DNA of 64,000 nucleotides from an uncultured Pseudomonadales bacterium (lineage in GTDB: Bacteria > Patescibacteriota > Microgenomatia > UBA1400 > PJMF01): positions 8,131 through 72,130 of the forward strand of contig CAYWDM010000004.1 in the NCBI GenBank assembly GCA_964457085.1, read 5' to 3'. The notes under the pieces are model-generated. The model was not told where the DNA came from, did no database searches, and saw only the letters and a program-made list of their open reading frames with translations. Shown here piece after piece: positions 20,187 to 30,226 of this stretch. Each line of letters starts with the position of its first letter. Within the stretch, counting starts at the first letter, position 1. Position numbers and translations under genes: made by a program.

Positions 20187-21881
20187 ATGATTTCTGCCCT
20201 AAATTATCTATGGAAACAACTCACTGATCACATTGGATTGTTTGTGATTCTTTTTGTGATGGTAATTTTACGATTACCAAACTTCTTAGAACCATATTGG
20301 TATGGCGATGAAGCAATTTACCTAACTCTCGGAAATGCTATTAACCAAGGTTCATTGTTATATACAGATATAGTTGATCATAAAACGCCACTTATTTATC
20401 AGCTTGCACGCGTTCCCGATCAGTATAGTTTCAGACTCTTGCTACTGGCATGGATGATCATTACTTTGGCACTTTTTTATTGTTTCAGTCGCAGACTACT
20501 AGGGAAAAAATATCTCGCCATCATTTCAACTGGCTTCTTAATGGTATTCACCACCTTGCCACTTTTTGAGGGCAACATTCCCAATGGAGAACTGTTTGTC
20601 ATGGGGTTTGTGATGATGGGAGCCTTTATCTTGAGACACACACGTATTTTTTCTGTTGCAACCACAATTCAACCGCACGTGACTCACGGCAACCAAATTA
20701 CCTCAACTGAGCTACTCCAGAAATTAGGGAACATCGGCAAGGGTTTCGCACAAGAATCACTGCTACTGTTGATTACAGGAGCTTTTTTTGGACTCGCCAT
20801 TCTCACAAAAGTGCCTGCTCTACTTGATGTGGCTGCCTTCATGGCAATTTTTTGGTTTATATTTGCAAATACTCTCCTAAACGTAAATAAACAAACGGTC
20901 TTCAAAATTTTGCCGATTTTAATTACACGATTGGCTATGCTGCTCGTCGGTATCGGAATTCCAATCATTGCATCAATGGTTTATTACAAGATGCTTGGCT
21001 CTGGAAATGATTATCTTAATTTCGGTTTGCTCTATAATTTCCACTATACCGGTACCTGGAAACTACAGTTTAATAACCCAACATTAACTTGGTTGTTCAC
21101 CTTTGGTGCAAAAACGTTACTGCTGTTTGCTGGGCTGGTGTTAACTACACTACTGGGCAAGAAAATACCTTTCAAACTACAGTTCGCCTTCAGCTGGTTC
21201 TTACTCGCCATTTTTGCAACATTGCTTTCCAATCGCCCATATCCTCATTATTTCATTCAAATTTTCCCAGCTCTAGGATTGCTACTGGCATTGATGGTGG
21301 AGTCAATTGAAGTAATAGCCTCATGGCTGAATAAACACTCAAAGTTAAATCGACTTGCCGTGCGACTGACACTTCCTCAAATCATTCTCTCTCTGTTTGC
21401 AGTCATGTTGAGTATCTCGATTATGTATGCGTTACATGTTGGACTCTATCCTGTTGCAAAATACTACGCAAATTCTTGGCTGTACAGTCAAAACCAAATG
21501 AGCGAGAAAGCCTATTTCTCATCTTTTGATGGCTTAGTAAATGAAAACTACGAAGTTGCTGAAGTAATCACACAAATGCAACTCAAAGATTTGTTTATTT
21601 GGGGCACCAATCCAATGATTTATGCCCAAACAAAAACAGTCCCAACTTCTCGATTCACCGTCGCTTTTCACATCAAAGATGTAAATAATTTTGAGCAAAC
21701 ATTGCAAAAAATTAAACTTGAAAAACCTAGAATGATTATTGTGATGCGTGGTGAAGAAAATAGTTTTCCAGAACTTAACCGATACCTGACTCGAAATTAT
21801 CTGGTAAACTACCAATACCGCAGCATGACAGTGTATATCAGGAGACTAGAAGCAAGCACGCTGCAAGCTGTAAAGCGTTAG
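20187..21881 (+). CDS. GT-C fold glycosyltransferase (ArnT/PMT/arabinosyltransferase-like), polytopic membrane protein
   Basis: 10+ TM helices and an N-terminal loop with YWYGDEAIY (DE motif typical of GT-C enzymes using polyprenyl-phosphate sugars). Confidence 0.55.
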   Translation: MISALNYLWKQLTDHIGLFVILFVMVILRLPNFLEPYWYGDEAIYLTLGNAINQGSLLYTDIVDHKTPLIYQLARVPDQYSFRLLLLAWMIITLALFYCFSRRLLGKKYLAIISTGFLMVFTTLPLFEGNIPNGELFVMGFVMMGAFILRHTRIFSVATTIQPHVTHGNQITSTELLQKLGNIGKGFAQESLLLLITGAFFGLAILTKVPALLDVAAFMAIFWFIFANTLLNVNKQTVFKILPILITRLAMLLVGIGIPIIASMVYYKMLGSGNDYLNFGLLYNFHYTGTWKLQFNNPTLTWLFTFGAKTLLLFAGLVLTTLLGKKIPFKLQFAFSWFLLAIFATLLSNRPYPHYFIQIFPALGLLLALMVESIEVIASWLNKHSKLNRLAVRLTLPQIILSLFAVMLSISIMYALHVGLYPVAKYYANSWLYSQNQMSEKAYFSSFDGLVNENYEVAEVITQMQLKDLFIWGTNPMIYAQTKTVPTSRFTVAFHIKDVNNFEQTLQKIKLEKPRMIIVMRGEENSFPELNRYLTRNYLVNYQYRSMTVYIRRLEASTLQAVKR

Positions 21882-21882
21882 C

Positions 21883-22254
21883 ATGTCCATCAACTCGAAA
21901 GATCCTCAATTTAGAATCGATGCACATTTACCAAAGCAAACCAGAATTCCCTATAAAATCTCGGTTGGAATTGGCTTGTGGTTAACGGTTTTGGCTGGGG
22001 TTTTTTATTTCAAGCTGCAACCTGAGATTCCCTTGTTTTATTCTTTGTCCCAACCAGCTCAGCAATTAGCTGCTAAACAGTGGATATTTTTACTTCCAAT
22101 TCTTTCAATACTCGTCACTTTCACAAATTTTTCACTAGTAAAAAAGAATGCTGATCTTGAATCAGTCTTAATTACTGTGATCTCATGGGTGACAGTCACT
22201 TGGCAAATCATCCTCAGCCTTATCTTTATAAGAATAATTTTAATTACTTGGTAA
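21883..22254 (+). CDS. small membrane protein (GtrA-like/unknown)
   Basis: 123 aa, 3-4 TM helices, sits between the GT-C gene and the WecA-like gene. Confidence 0.35.
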   Translation: MSINSKDPQFRIDAHLPKQTRIPYKISVGIGLWLTVLAGVFYFKLQPEIPLFYSLSQPAQQLAAKQWIFLLPILSILVTFTNFSLVKKNADLESVLITVISWVTVTWQIILSLIFIRIILITW

Positions 22255-22262
22255 CTGCAAAT

Positions 22263-23348
22263 ATGTGGGGTTTTATTCTAGCTTTCTGTGTCGCAACACT
22301 CATTACCCCAGTGGTGATCAAGTGGTACCTGCGAAATAATTGGATAGATGATCCAGAGGTAAAAAAACACGTCAAACAAACACACACTAAACCAGTCCCT
22401 AGAGGAGGTGGATTAGTAGTCTACTGTGCTATTGCCTGCATTTCACTGCTGTTACTGCCAATCGATAAATATTTAATCGCAATTTTGGCTGGTGGCTTTA
22501 TTTTATCGCTGGTTGGTTGGCTTGATGATGTTTATGACATCAGTCCATACATACGAATTGGCACAGGCTTGCTTGCTAGTTTAATCGTGGTTGGCAGTGG
22601 TATTGGAATCGCGTACGTGAGCAACCCATTTGGACCTGGAGTACTGAGATTTGATCAACCACAAATTGTTTTCTGGCTATTCAACTCAGACCATCATATT
22701 TGGGTGCTGTCCAGCTTGTTTGCGATCTTCTTCATCAACTGGAACATGAACATTGTTAACTGGTCAAAAGGTGTAGACGGACAACTGCCTGGTTTCGTGA
22801 GTATGGCCGCTGTTTTTATCGGTTTATTAGGCCTTAGCTTTCATGACAGCCCAACTCAATTCACGGCCACCAACCTCGCATTTATAGTTTCTGGAGCTTT
22901 TCTTGGTCTCTTAATCTGGAACTGGTATCCACAAAAAATTATGCCCGGATATGGTGCAGGATCGCTAGCTGGGTATTTGTTAAGTGTGCTTGCAATCCTC
23001 TCGGGAGCTAAAGTGGCAACCATATTGATGGTTTTAGCAATTCCTACTGCTGACGGCATCTTTACCATTACGCGAAGACTGTTGGCAAAAAAATCACCTT
23101 TTTGGGGCGATCGAGGACATTTGCATCACAAATTAATGGATGTTTTTGGATGGGGACGAAGAAGAATCGCTTTTTTCTATTGGCTGACAACAGCTTGTAT
23201 GGGAGTGCTGTCGCTCTATTTAGATACTGTTGGGAAAATAATCGCAATTACGCTCAGCATGCTATTTATTTTTTCGTTGTTAATCAGTATCAAGATATAT
23301 CAAAAATCCCACTTGCACCGACGGCTCTTTTCTTCTACAAGGAAATAA
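22263..23348 (+). CDS. polyprenyl-phosphate N-acetylhexosamine-1-phosphate transferase (MraY/WecA family, GT4)
   Basis: WLDDVYD (DD Mg-binding), NIVNWSKGVDGQLPG (N..N..DG.DGL box) and a multi-TM topology. Track ORF begins at 22185 but the family N-terminus (MWGFILAF...) supports a start at 22263. It lies outside a dcw context, so it is more likely WecA/TagO-like than MraY. Confidence 0.7.
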   Translation: MWGFILAFCVATLITPVVIKWYLRNNWIDDPEVKKHVKQTHTKPVPRGGGLVVYCAIACISLLLLPIDKYLIAILAGGFILSLVGWLDDVYDISPYIRIGTGLLASLIVVGSGIGIAYVSNPFGPGVLRFDQPQIVFWLFNSDHHIWVLSSLFAIFFINWNMNIVNWSKGVDGQLPGFVSMAAVFIGLLGLSFHDSPTQFTATNLAFIVSGAFLGLLIWNWYPQKIMPGYGAGSLAGYLLSVLAILSGAKVATILMVLAIPTADGIFTITRRLLAKKSPFWGDRGHLHHKLMDVFGWGRRRIAFFYWLTTACMGVLSLYLDTVGKIIAITLSMLFIFSLLISIKIYQKSHLHRRLFSSTRK

Positions 23349-23349
23349 C

Positions 23350-24309
23350 ATGTACTCTACTTCATTGTGGTACTTATTACTCAAAACCATTCGACCAAGA
23401 CAATGGATTAAAAACTTGGCACTATATGCTGAGCTGGTTTTCTCAGGATTCTTCTTTTACACTCCAGTTGACGCACCCTCATATTTCGTCACTGTTTCTA
23501 TTGCCTTTATAGTTTTCTGTTTTCTGGCCTCAAGTGTCTACATTATTAATGATATTGTTGATATTGAAGCTGACCAGCACCACCCTTTCAAGAAAAAACG
23601 TCCAATTGCTTCTGGTGAACTACCAGTACCAGTTGCAGTCTTTTTCGCAGTCATAGGATTGGCAATTGCCTTTCTGCTTTCATTGTCGCTTTCAGGATTT
23701 TTTAGATTACTGATGTTGGCATACTTGTTACTACAAGTGCTGTATGCCAAGAAAACAAAAAATGTTGCCATCTTAGATGTCATTTCGATCGCAACTGGTT
23801 TTCTAATTCGAGTCTACGCTGGAGCCGTCGTGGTCAATCTACACATGAATGTTTGGTTTTTACTCACTGTTGTTTCAGCTTCGCTGTTCCTTGCTGTCGG
23901 AAAACGCCAAAGTGAACGCACATTACTTGGTGAAGCAAATATCGGTGGTACTAGAAAAACATTACTCAAATATAGCCAACGACTACTTGATCAATATACG
24001 GGTATGTTCGCTAACGCTACCTGGTTAAGTTATGCAATTTTTGCATTTCAAAACAACATTGTGTACGCAATGCCAGCCAATCAACGGTTCCCAGAACTGT
24101 ACACCCTGCTTCCAAGGACTTTGCAGTCTGAAAAACTCTTAATGTTAACCCTGCCATTCGTGATTTTTGGTGTGATGCGATATTTGCAGCTGGTATATGA
24201 AGAAAATCGTGGCGAATCTCCTGAGCTGGTTCTGCTCAAAGATAAAACACTACTCACCACGGTCTTTATTTTCTGTGCATTAGTGATGATAGTTATTTAT
24301 CTCAACTAA
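23350..24309 (+). CDS. UbiA-family prenyltransferase, decaprenyl-phosphate phosphoribosyltransferase (DPPRT)-like
   Basis: YIINDIVDIEADQHHPFKKKRPIASG (NDxxDxxxD plus a phosphate-binding loop) and a second Asp-rich region, 8-9 TM helices. Confidence 0.75.
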   Translation: MYSTSLWYLLLKTIRPRQWIKNLALYAELVFSGFFFYTPVDAPSYFVTVSIAFIVFCFLASSVYIINDIVDIEADQHHPFKKKRPIASGELPVPVAVFFAVIGLAIAFLLSLSLSGFFRLLMLAYLLLQVLYAKKTKNVAILDVISIATGFLIRVYAGAVVVNLHMNVWFLLTVVSASLFLAVGKRQSERTLLGEANIGGTRKTLLKYSQRLLDQYTGMFANATWLSYAIFAFQNNIVYAMPANQRFPELYTLLPRTLQSEKLLMLTLPFVIFGVMRYLQLVYEENRGESPELVLLKDKTLLTTVFIFCALVMIVIYLN

Positions 24310-24317
24310 AACCACAA

Positions 24318-26018
24318 CTACTCAGTTACGCCAGCACACTCAACTGTTGGTGTCGACCATTTTCCGTACAAAGTTGACTCATCAGTTACTGTCGTTCGGG
24401 TAACTAAATCAATGACTCTCGATCCAGAAAGATCAAGGTCAATTGGTAATTTTGGATTTTTAACCGAAACAACTCCACTTGAAACTAACACATCGTCTAA
24501 ATACACCTCAACTTCAATGGAAACCAGAGTATTCACAGTTATTTTTTCAACTTTTGAAAACTCAAAGGTGCTGATGAATCTTTGACAAAGATTGTTGAGA
24601 TTGTATCGGATACTAGAATCATTTTTTACGGTGAGACTGATGCCCTGGGAAAATAGAGAACTAGAATCATCAATACCATACAGATCATGTGCGACTTGTT
24701 TTGTAAGATTGCCCGATCTAACTTGGTCTGGTAGCTGAGGGAAACTCACTTCTGTGTTAATAGATTTATCAACACCATGGTAAATCAGCAGCCTCGAGTC
24801 GTGTGGTGGTATCACCATTTTTGCGGAACCCAATTGAACTCGGCTCTGTGATTTTGGCCATACATCCGTAACTAAGGTAACTGGTAATAATTGCAATTGA
24901 GTCGGCGACAACTCTACAGAGTTAGTTTTTTCTCCAGTATTTACCACCAATACTGCCCTGCTACCACGACGGTGCAACGGCTTACTTATAACCAGTATCG
25001 ATCCATTCTCAAGCAGTACTGAGCCTTGCATGCCCAATTTATCCTGATTAATTGATATTGCCTCTTTGTTTGTCAGCAGCTCAACAATTTCTGGGGATTG
25101 GTTACGAATATCGGAACCAATTATTAAGGGTGATGACATCATTGCCCACAGACCAAAATGTGTTCGGTATTCCTTAAATGTCATACCACCATTTCCAACC
25201 TGCAACATATCTGCATCATTCCAACCTCCAACTCGCTGATATGGCTCATATCTTTGATTGATCTTAAAAACCCTAAGCATGTCGGTCCAATCGTCTTGAA
25301 TGTCCACTGCTGTTCTCCAAGAATCACCGACACCACTTCCCCACAGCCAACTTTGCCCATCCAAAGCACTGTTAATATTTGCCACTGCAACACTCAAAAT
25401 CATTGGGTTTCCAGATTTATCAATTAATTTTCGCCAACGTCGATAGGCTGTGGCTGTCTGAAGCCATTCGACACCGCACCAATCTAATTTAAGATAATCG
25501 GCACCCCAATTTATATATTGCTCTAGATCTTGTGCTTCATATCCATAGCTTCCCGGTTTTTTTTCGCACGTCTCTCGACCGGCACTAGTATAAATGCCAA
25601 ATTTTAGTCCCTTGCTGTGCACATACTCTGAGATGGCTTTAATCCCATTTGGGAAACGAGCCGAATCAACTTGAATAACCCCGTTCTTATCTCGACCAAT
25701 CTGCCAACAATCATCAAGCATCACATACTGATATCCTGCCTGTTGATATCCTTTAGAAACCAGTGCATCAACCATCTCCTTTATAGTACTTTCATTCAGT
25801 GTGGGACTGCATCCAAAATGATTCCAACCATTCCAGCCCATTGGTGGAGTTGCAATTCGAACAGTTTTTGCTTGCTTGGGAATTGGGTAGACTAACTGCG
25901 AATAACGCCAAAAAACTATTCCGCCAATTCCGCCAAATACTGTTACAACCAACAACACCCCAATCAAAAATGGTTTTACATAGTCACTCAAAAAAAATGC
26001 AGTTTTTGACACTACCAC
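24318..26018 (-). CDS. membrane-anchored alpha-galactosidase (GH27) with C-terminal beta-sandwich domains
   Basis: N-terminal TM, PPMGWNGWNHFGC, DYLKLDWCG, catalytic Asp regions typical of GH27 melibiase. Confidence 0.85.
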   Translation of the reverse strand: MVVSKTAFFLSDYVKPFLIGVLLVVTVFGGIGGIVFWRYSQLVYPIPKQAKTVRIATPPMGWNGWNHFGCSPTLNESTIKEMVDALVSKGYQQAGYQYVMLDDCWQIGRDKNGVIQVDSARFPNGIKAISEYVHSKGLKFGIYTSAGRETCEKKPGSYGYEAQDLEQYINWGADYLKLDWCGVEWLQTATAYRRWRKLIDKSGNPMILSVAVANINSALDGQSWLWGSGVGDSWRTAVDIQDDWTDMLRVFKINQRYEPYQRVGGWNDADMLQVGNGGMTFKEYRTHFGLWAMMSSPLIIGSDIRNQSPEIVELLTNKEAISINQDKLGMQGSVLLENGSILVISKPLHRRGSRAVLVVNTGEKTNSVELSPTQLQLLPVTLVTDVWPKSQSRVQLGSAKMVIPPHDSRLLIYHGVDKSINTEVSFPQLPDQVRSGNLTKQVAHDLYGIDDSSSLFSQGISLTVKNDSSIRYNLNNLCQRFISTFEFSKVEKITVNTLVSIEVEVYLDDVLVSSGVVSVKNPKLPIDLDLSGSRVIDLVTRTTVTDESTLYGKWSTPTVECAGVTE

Positions 26019-26686
26019 AATCCTGATTCAACTAACCAAGGAACTACTACTTCAATTGGCAAACCATGAGAAAATGCGGTCAATGAGCCATTCACACGGC
26101 TAACTAATGCTGCCCCAGCCGCATAAGCAGGTGAAAATGCAGCGGACCAGGTCAATACTGGTTGAGTGTCAACATATGCAGTGATCTCAGATAACGAAAG
26201 TGCTCTCATTTCAACTTCAACAGTTACTACTCTTGATTTCAACGGCTGATTTGGTGACCAGAAAGCAACCCCAGTAAGCACACTAATTTTGGTATCAGAA
26301 ATGAGTTGCAGCATTTCAGCTGCTTCTTGAATCGTCTCAGGCTTTTCAAGTAGTTTAGAGCCCTGATACACGATTGTATCTGCAGCTAACACAAACCGAT
26401 TTTGCAATCTAACACCAACTTCTGTGGCTTTTTTCTCTGCCAAAAAAAGTGTCCGTTCTATTTCAGGTGGTTGCACCAAATTCTTTTCATCTAGTGTTGA
26501 GGGGATTACTTCAAATGCAACACCTAGACCTTCTAGTAGTAGCTTTCTTTGATGTGAATTTGACGCTAAAACAAGCGATGATTTTGTCATAGACGGTATG
26601 AATATAAGCAGAGTACACCACTCTACTCGACAGTACAAGTCAAACAGCATACAATTCCCAGTATTATATGAAAATTCGCAAAGCAA
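26012..26686 (-). CDS. maf: Maf-family nucleoside triphosphate pyrophosphatase
   Basis: LVLASNSHQRKLLLEGLG...F.V.PS..DE motif. The family N-terminus starts at MTKSSLVLAS, so the start is probably at 26590; the longer ORF would overlap the divergent galU start. Confidence 0.75.
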   Translation of the reverse strand: MLCEFSYNTGNCMLFDLYCRVEWCTLLIFIPSMTKSSLVLASNSHQRKLLLEGLGVAFEVIPSTLDEKNLVQPPEIERTLFLAEKKATEVGVRLQNRFVLAADTIVYQGSKLLEKPETIQEAAEMLQLISDTKISVLTGVAFWSPNQPLKSRVVTVEVEMRALSLSEITAYVDTQPVLTWSAAFSPAYAAGAALVSRVNGSLTAFSHGLPIEVVVPWLVESGLW

Positions 26687-27555
26687 TTATCACTACCGCA
26701 GGTTTTGGCACTCGATTTTTACCAATCAGTAAAACCATCCAAAAAGAAATGCTGCCGATTCTTAATCGACCGTTAGTTGATTACGTTGTTTCAGATTGTG
26801 TAGCAGCTGGAATCGAAGAAATAATTTTTATCATCAACGAACATAACGATCAAATTTTACACTTCTACCGTGAGAATCGCCGTTTATACGAATACCTCAA
26901 ACGAATGAATAAGTTGTCAACCTATGACCAAGTTGAACACTTACACAGTCAAGCAAAGTTTACATTTGTCAGACAACTAGACAATGATCCATATGGAACA
27001 GCAACCCCATTAAAGTTGGCAAAAGACCATGTGATTGCTGAAGAAGCATTTTTAGTCCTTATGGGCGACGATTTTATTTACAATCCAGATGGCAACTCAC
27101 CAATCACTGACATGATCGAGACATTTAATCAATCTCCAGTCGATGGACTCATAACGTGTATCGAAAAGCCCTTGGATATGTTGCATAAGTATGGCGTGGC
27201 AGAACTACAACAAACAGCCACGGGGAAAAAGTTAGTCAACCTAATTGAAAAGCCAGCTCCTGGAACTGCCCCTTCAAACCTGGCAAATATCAGTAAATAT
27301 ATTTTTACACCTAAAATTTTTGAGATCCTAGAAACACAGCAGCCACATCCAGTACTGGGAGAGCTATTAATCACAGACTCTGTTTTATCACTCGCAAAAA
27401 TGGCATCGGTAGTCGTCCATCTTCCCAAAGGTGAATATCTTGATGGGGGATATGTCGGAGGTTGGCTGCGAGCAAATCTCACAGTTGCACTGAAGCATCC
27501 AGAACTACTCGCTGAAATTAAAGATTTTGTGGCCACCAAACTAACAAATAGCTAA
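26668..27555 (+). CDS. galU: UTP-glucose-1-phosphate uridylyltransferase-like sugar nucleotidyltransferase
   Basis: KAIITTAGFGTRFLPISKTIQKEMLPI (G.G.R.LP..K..PKEM) N-terminal signature. Confidence 0.7.
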   Translation: MKIRKAIITTAGFGTRFLPISKTIQKEMLPILNRPLVDYVVSDCVAAGIEEIIFIINEHNDQILHFYRENRRLYEYLKRMNKLSTYDQVEHLHSQAKFTFVRQLDNDPYGTATPLKLAKDHVIAEEAFLVLMGDDFIYNPDGNSPITDMIETFNQSPVDGLITCIEKPLDMLHKYGVAELQQTATGKKLVNLIEKPAPGTAPSNLANISKYIFTPKIFEILETQQPHPVLGELLITDSVLSLAKMASVVVHLPKGEYLDGGYVGGWLRANLTVALKHPELLAEIKDFVATKLTNS

Positions 27556-28769
27556 ACACCCAGATTTCGCTTCACAGTTGTCCCTGGCTCTACCAAAGTG
27601 TGGTCTGAAATTATCACGTTTGGAGTAGTTCCAACTTGAATTCCAATTTTACAATCCTCACCGATTAAGACACCCAAATACGTTCGACCGGTTTTTATTT
27701 TTTTACCTTGCTGATGTGAAATAATCTCACCTCGATCAAATCGACGATTGGCAGTTACAAACCCTGCTCCAATGGTGGTTCTCTGGCCAATAATGCTGTC
27801 ACCAATAAATCCACTATGAACATGTGCATTTGCCATAATAATGCTATTTGCCACATCAGCATGTCGTTGCACCTGTACCCCTGCCTCGAGCACGCTGCCC
27901 TTACGAACCACACAGTACTGTCCCACTACTGCATTAGCACCAATGTAAGCAGGTCCATCGATAATTGCAAAGTCGCCTATGACCGCTCCTGGACCGATAA
28001 AAACTTCACCACGAATGATTGCTGTTGGTGCAATAATCGCACTTGGATGAATCTCAAACGACAGTTTCTGCCAAAGGTACTCTTTATAATCAAGCAGTTG
28101 CCAGGCATATTTGATCGTTGGTGGCTCTTCAGTGATCACCATCGTTTTCACTCTCCCCTGTTTTGCCCAATTTGTGAGTTGATTTTCTAAAAGCGTATCA
28201 CCTTGCTCAGACTGAGATAATTGCTCAGCAAATTCTCTGGTGAGACGATAAGCTCCAACCAATCGATGTCCATACTCAACCGAGTCATCTGGTTTTTCTG
28301 CAATTGAAAGGACTTGACCAGTTTGTGCGTCAAAAGTTACCAAACCATACAGCCAAGGCAACTCAGTTGGAATACACAACAAACCAATCTCACTTTCAAT
28401 TTTTTGCAGTTCTGGAAGCAATTGCTCAGCGATACAGTTCGTTGCATTTACTACAAAAAAACTTGACTGTAGTTCTGGTAGTGCAGCCACTATGGCACCA
28501 GCTTGCCCGTTACTTTCTTTTTGTTGAATAATCTGTATTCTTTCAAACTTGCCAAACCATTGTTGCCAATACTGCTCCTCAAACTTCATGCGGGGATTAA
28601 TTACCACCACTAACTCTGAAATGCCTGCCAAGTAGAGTGATTCAATTGTCCAAGACAATATGGGTTTCCCCATCAACTCCAACTGTTGTTTACCCTGCAA
28701 CTTATTAAACGGAGCCATGCGCCGAGAAATGCCTGCAGCCAACACGACCGCTTGAGTAGGAGTTGTCAT
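27552..28769 (-). CDS. bifunctional sugar-1-phosphate nucleotidyltransferase / left-handed beta-helix acyltransferase (GlmU-like)
   Basis: N-terminal AVVLAAGISRRM nucleotidyltransferase fold; C-terminal hexapeptide repeats (IGPGAVIGDFAII, IGANAVVGQY...). Confidence 0.6.
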   Translation of the reverse strand: MTTPTQAVVLAAGISRRMAPFNKLQGKQQLELMGKPILSWTIESLYLAGISELVVVINPRMKFEEQYWQQWFGKFERIQIIQQKESNGQAGAIVAALPELQSSFFVVNATNCIAEQLLPELQKIESEIGLLCIPTELPWLYGLVTFDAQTGQVLSIAEKPDDSVEYGHRLVGAYRLTREFAEQLSQSEQGDTLLENQLTNWAKQGRVKTMVITEEPPTIKYAWQLLDYKEYLWQKLSFEIHPSAIIAPTAIIRGEVFIGPGAVIGDFAIIDGPAYIGANAVVGQYCVVRKGSVLEAGVQVQRHADVANSIIMANAHVHSGFIGDSIIGQRTTIGAGFVTANRRFDRGEIISHQQGKKIKTGRTYLGVLIGEDCKIGIQVGTTPNVIISDHTLVEPGTTVKRNLGV

Positions 28770-28792
28770 AAATCAAGTATAGCAGTGATAGC

Positions 28793-30127
28793 TCAAAATC
28801 CACCACGAAGCAGCATTGCGTCAACAACTCGCTTGACTGCTGACAAATAGGTTGCAGTCCTGCCATCAACTTTGTGAGTAGTCATTTGTAGCCACATGGC
28901 ATCAAATGATTGCTCCATTAATGGTTTTAGTTTTGCAATTACTTCTGCTTTTGGCCAATAGTAGCCCTGCAGATTTTGCACCCACTCAAAATATGAGGTT
29001 GTAACCCCACCTGCATTAGCCAAAATGTCTGGCACCAATAGTGTTCCTTGTTTTGCCAAGATTCCGTCAGCTTCTGGAGTTACGGGACCATTTGCCATTT
29101 CTAAAATCGCTTTGGCTTTAATTTTGCCTGCATTTACCGAAGTGATCACATTTTCTAAAGCAGCAGGTACTAAGATATCGACCGGTAATTCGAGTAGTTC
29201 AGCATTCGTAATTGCCTTGCCGTGTTTAACTGAACAGGATTCTTTAATACAGCTACAGTCACTAATCGAACCACCAGACTTTTTACAATTGAGTGTTTGC
29301 ACCGGATCCAAACCATCAGCAACATACACTCCACCCTTTGAGTCTGAGACAGCAACCACTTTATACCCGAGTTTGTCTGCATGGTAAGCAAACCAATACC
29401 CCACATTTCCAAAACCTTGGATTGCAATAGTGACCTCTTGCTTACGAGCAAAGCCCATTTTTTCAACCAATTTTTCTAGTACAAATACTCCAGCCAAACC
29501 TGTCGCTTCCTCTCGACCCTGTGAGCCACCTAGTTCCAGTGGTTTGCCGGTAAAGGTGGCTAATGGATTCTCCTGTGTCGCGCTGCGAGCCGCTGCATTT
29601 TTTTCGAGTTGTACTTTCTGGTACTCATCAACCATCCAAGCCATGATTTGACCAGTGGTGTTAACATCAGGTGCTGGAATATCAACCCAAGGGCCAATGT
29701 TGTCAGCAGCAAATCGAGCATAACTACGACTCAAACGCTCTAGTTCCGCATGACTCAATTTTCGAGGGTCAACGACCACACCACCTTTTGCACCACCATA
29801 CGGGATACCGGTAACACTACACTTCCAAGTCATCCAAGTGGAAAGAGCCATCACTTCTGATTTAGTTACATCCTGGTGGAAACGAATGCCACCTTTGTAG
29901 GGTCCCCTGGCATTATTATGCTGGGATCTAAAGGCATGAAATATTTGTTTTTTACCACCATCCATCACGATTGACAAATCTGTTTCCAAAACTCGATCGG
30001 GAGTCATCAGTTTTTCAATCGCTAAATCAAAAGTTTTTGGATTTTGATACTCAGTTCGCAAAATCTGGGCAACGGTTTTAAGTTGTTGCTGGGCATTTTT
30101 ATGTGGATCGTTTGTTGCTAATGACAT
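28793..30127 (-). CDS. gdhA: glutamate dehydrogenase
   Basis: KGGIRFH, GGAKGG, GFGNVG Rossmann motif. Confidence 0.9.
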   Translation of the reverse strand: MSLATNDPHKNAQQQLKTVAQILRTEYQNPKTFDLAIEKLMTPDRVLETDLSIVMDGGKKQIFHAFRSQHNNARGPYKGGIRFHQDVTKSEVMALSTWMTWKCSVTGIPYGGAKGGVVVDPRKLSHAELERLSRSYARFAADNIGPWVDIPAPDVNTTGQIMAWMVDEYQKVQLEKNAAARSATQENPLATFTGKPLELGGSQGREEATGLAGVFVLEKLVEKMGFARKQEVTIAIQGFGNVGYWFAYHADKLGYKVVAVSDSKGGVYVADGLDPVQTLNCKKSGGSISDCSCIKESCSVKHGKAITNAELLELPVDILVPAALENVITSVNAGKIKAKAILEMANGPVTPEADGILAKQGTLLVPDILANAGGVTTSYFEWVQNLQGYYWPKAEVIAKLKPLMEQSFDAMWLQMTTHKVDGRTATYLSAVKRVVDAMLLRGGF

Positions 30128-30226
30128 ATTTTTAACTCCTACGACAGACAGTCGCCTCTGTCACTATTTTGACTAAAAATAATTTCGATAGTAATCGTTA
30201 ATTCGTGTGAGCTGATACACCGCTGA

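Noticed and set aside
26591-26686. Divergent overlap of maf and galU start codons
   Set aside because: Likely an over-extended maf ORF; the family N-terminus begins at MTKSSLVLASNS (26590), which leaves a normal ~75-nt divergent promoter region.
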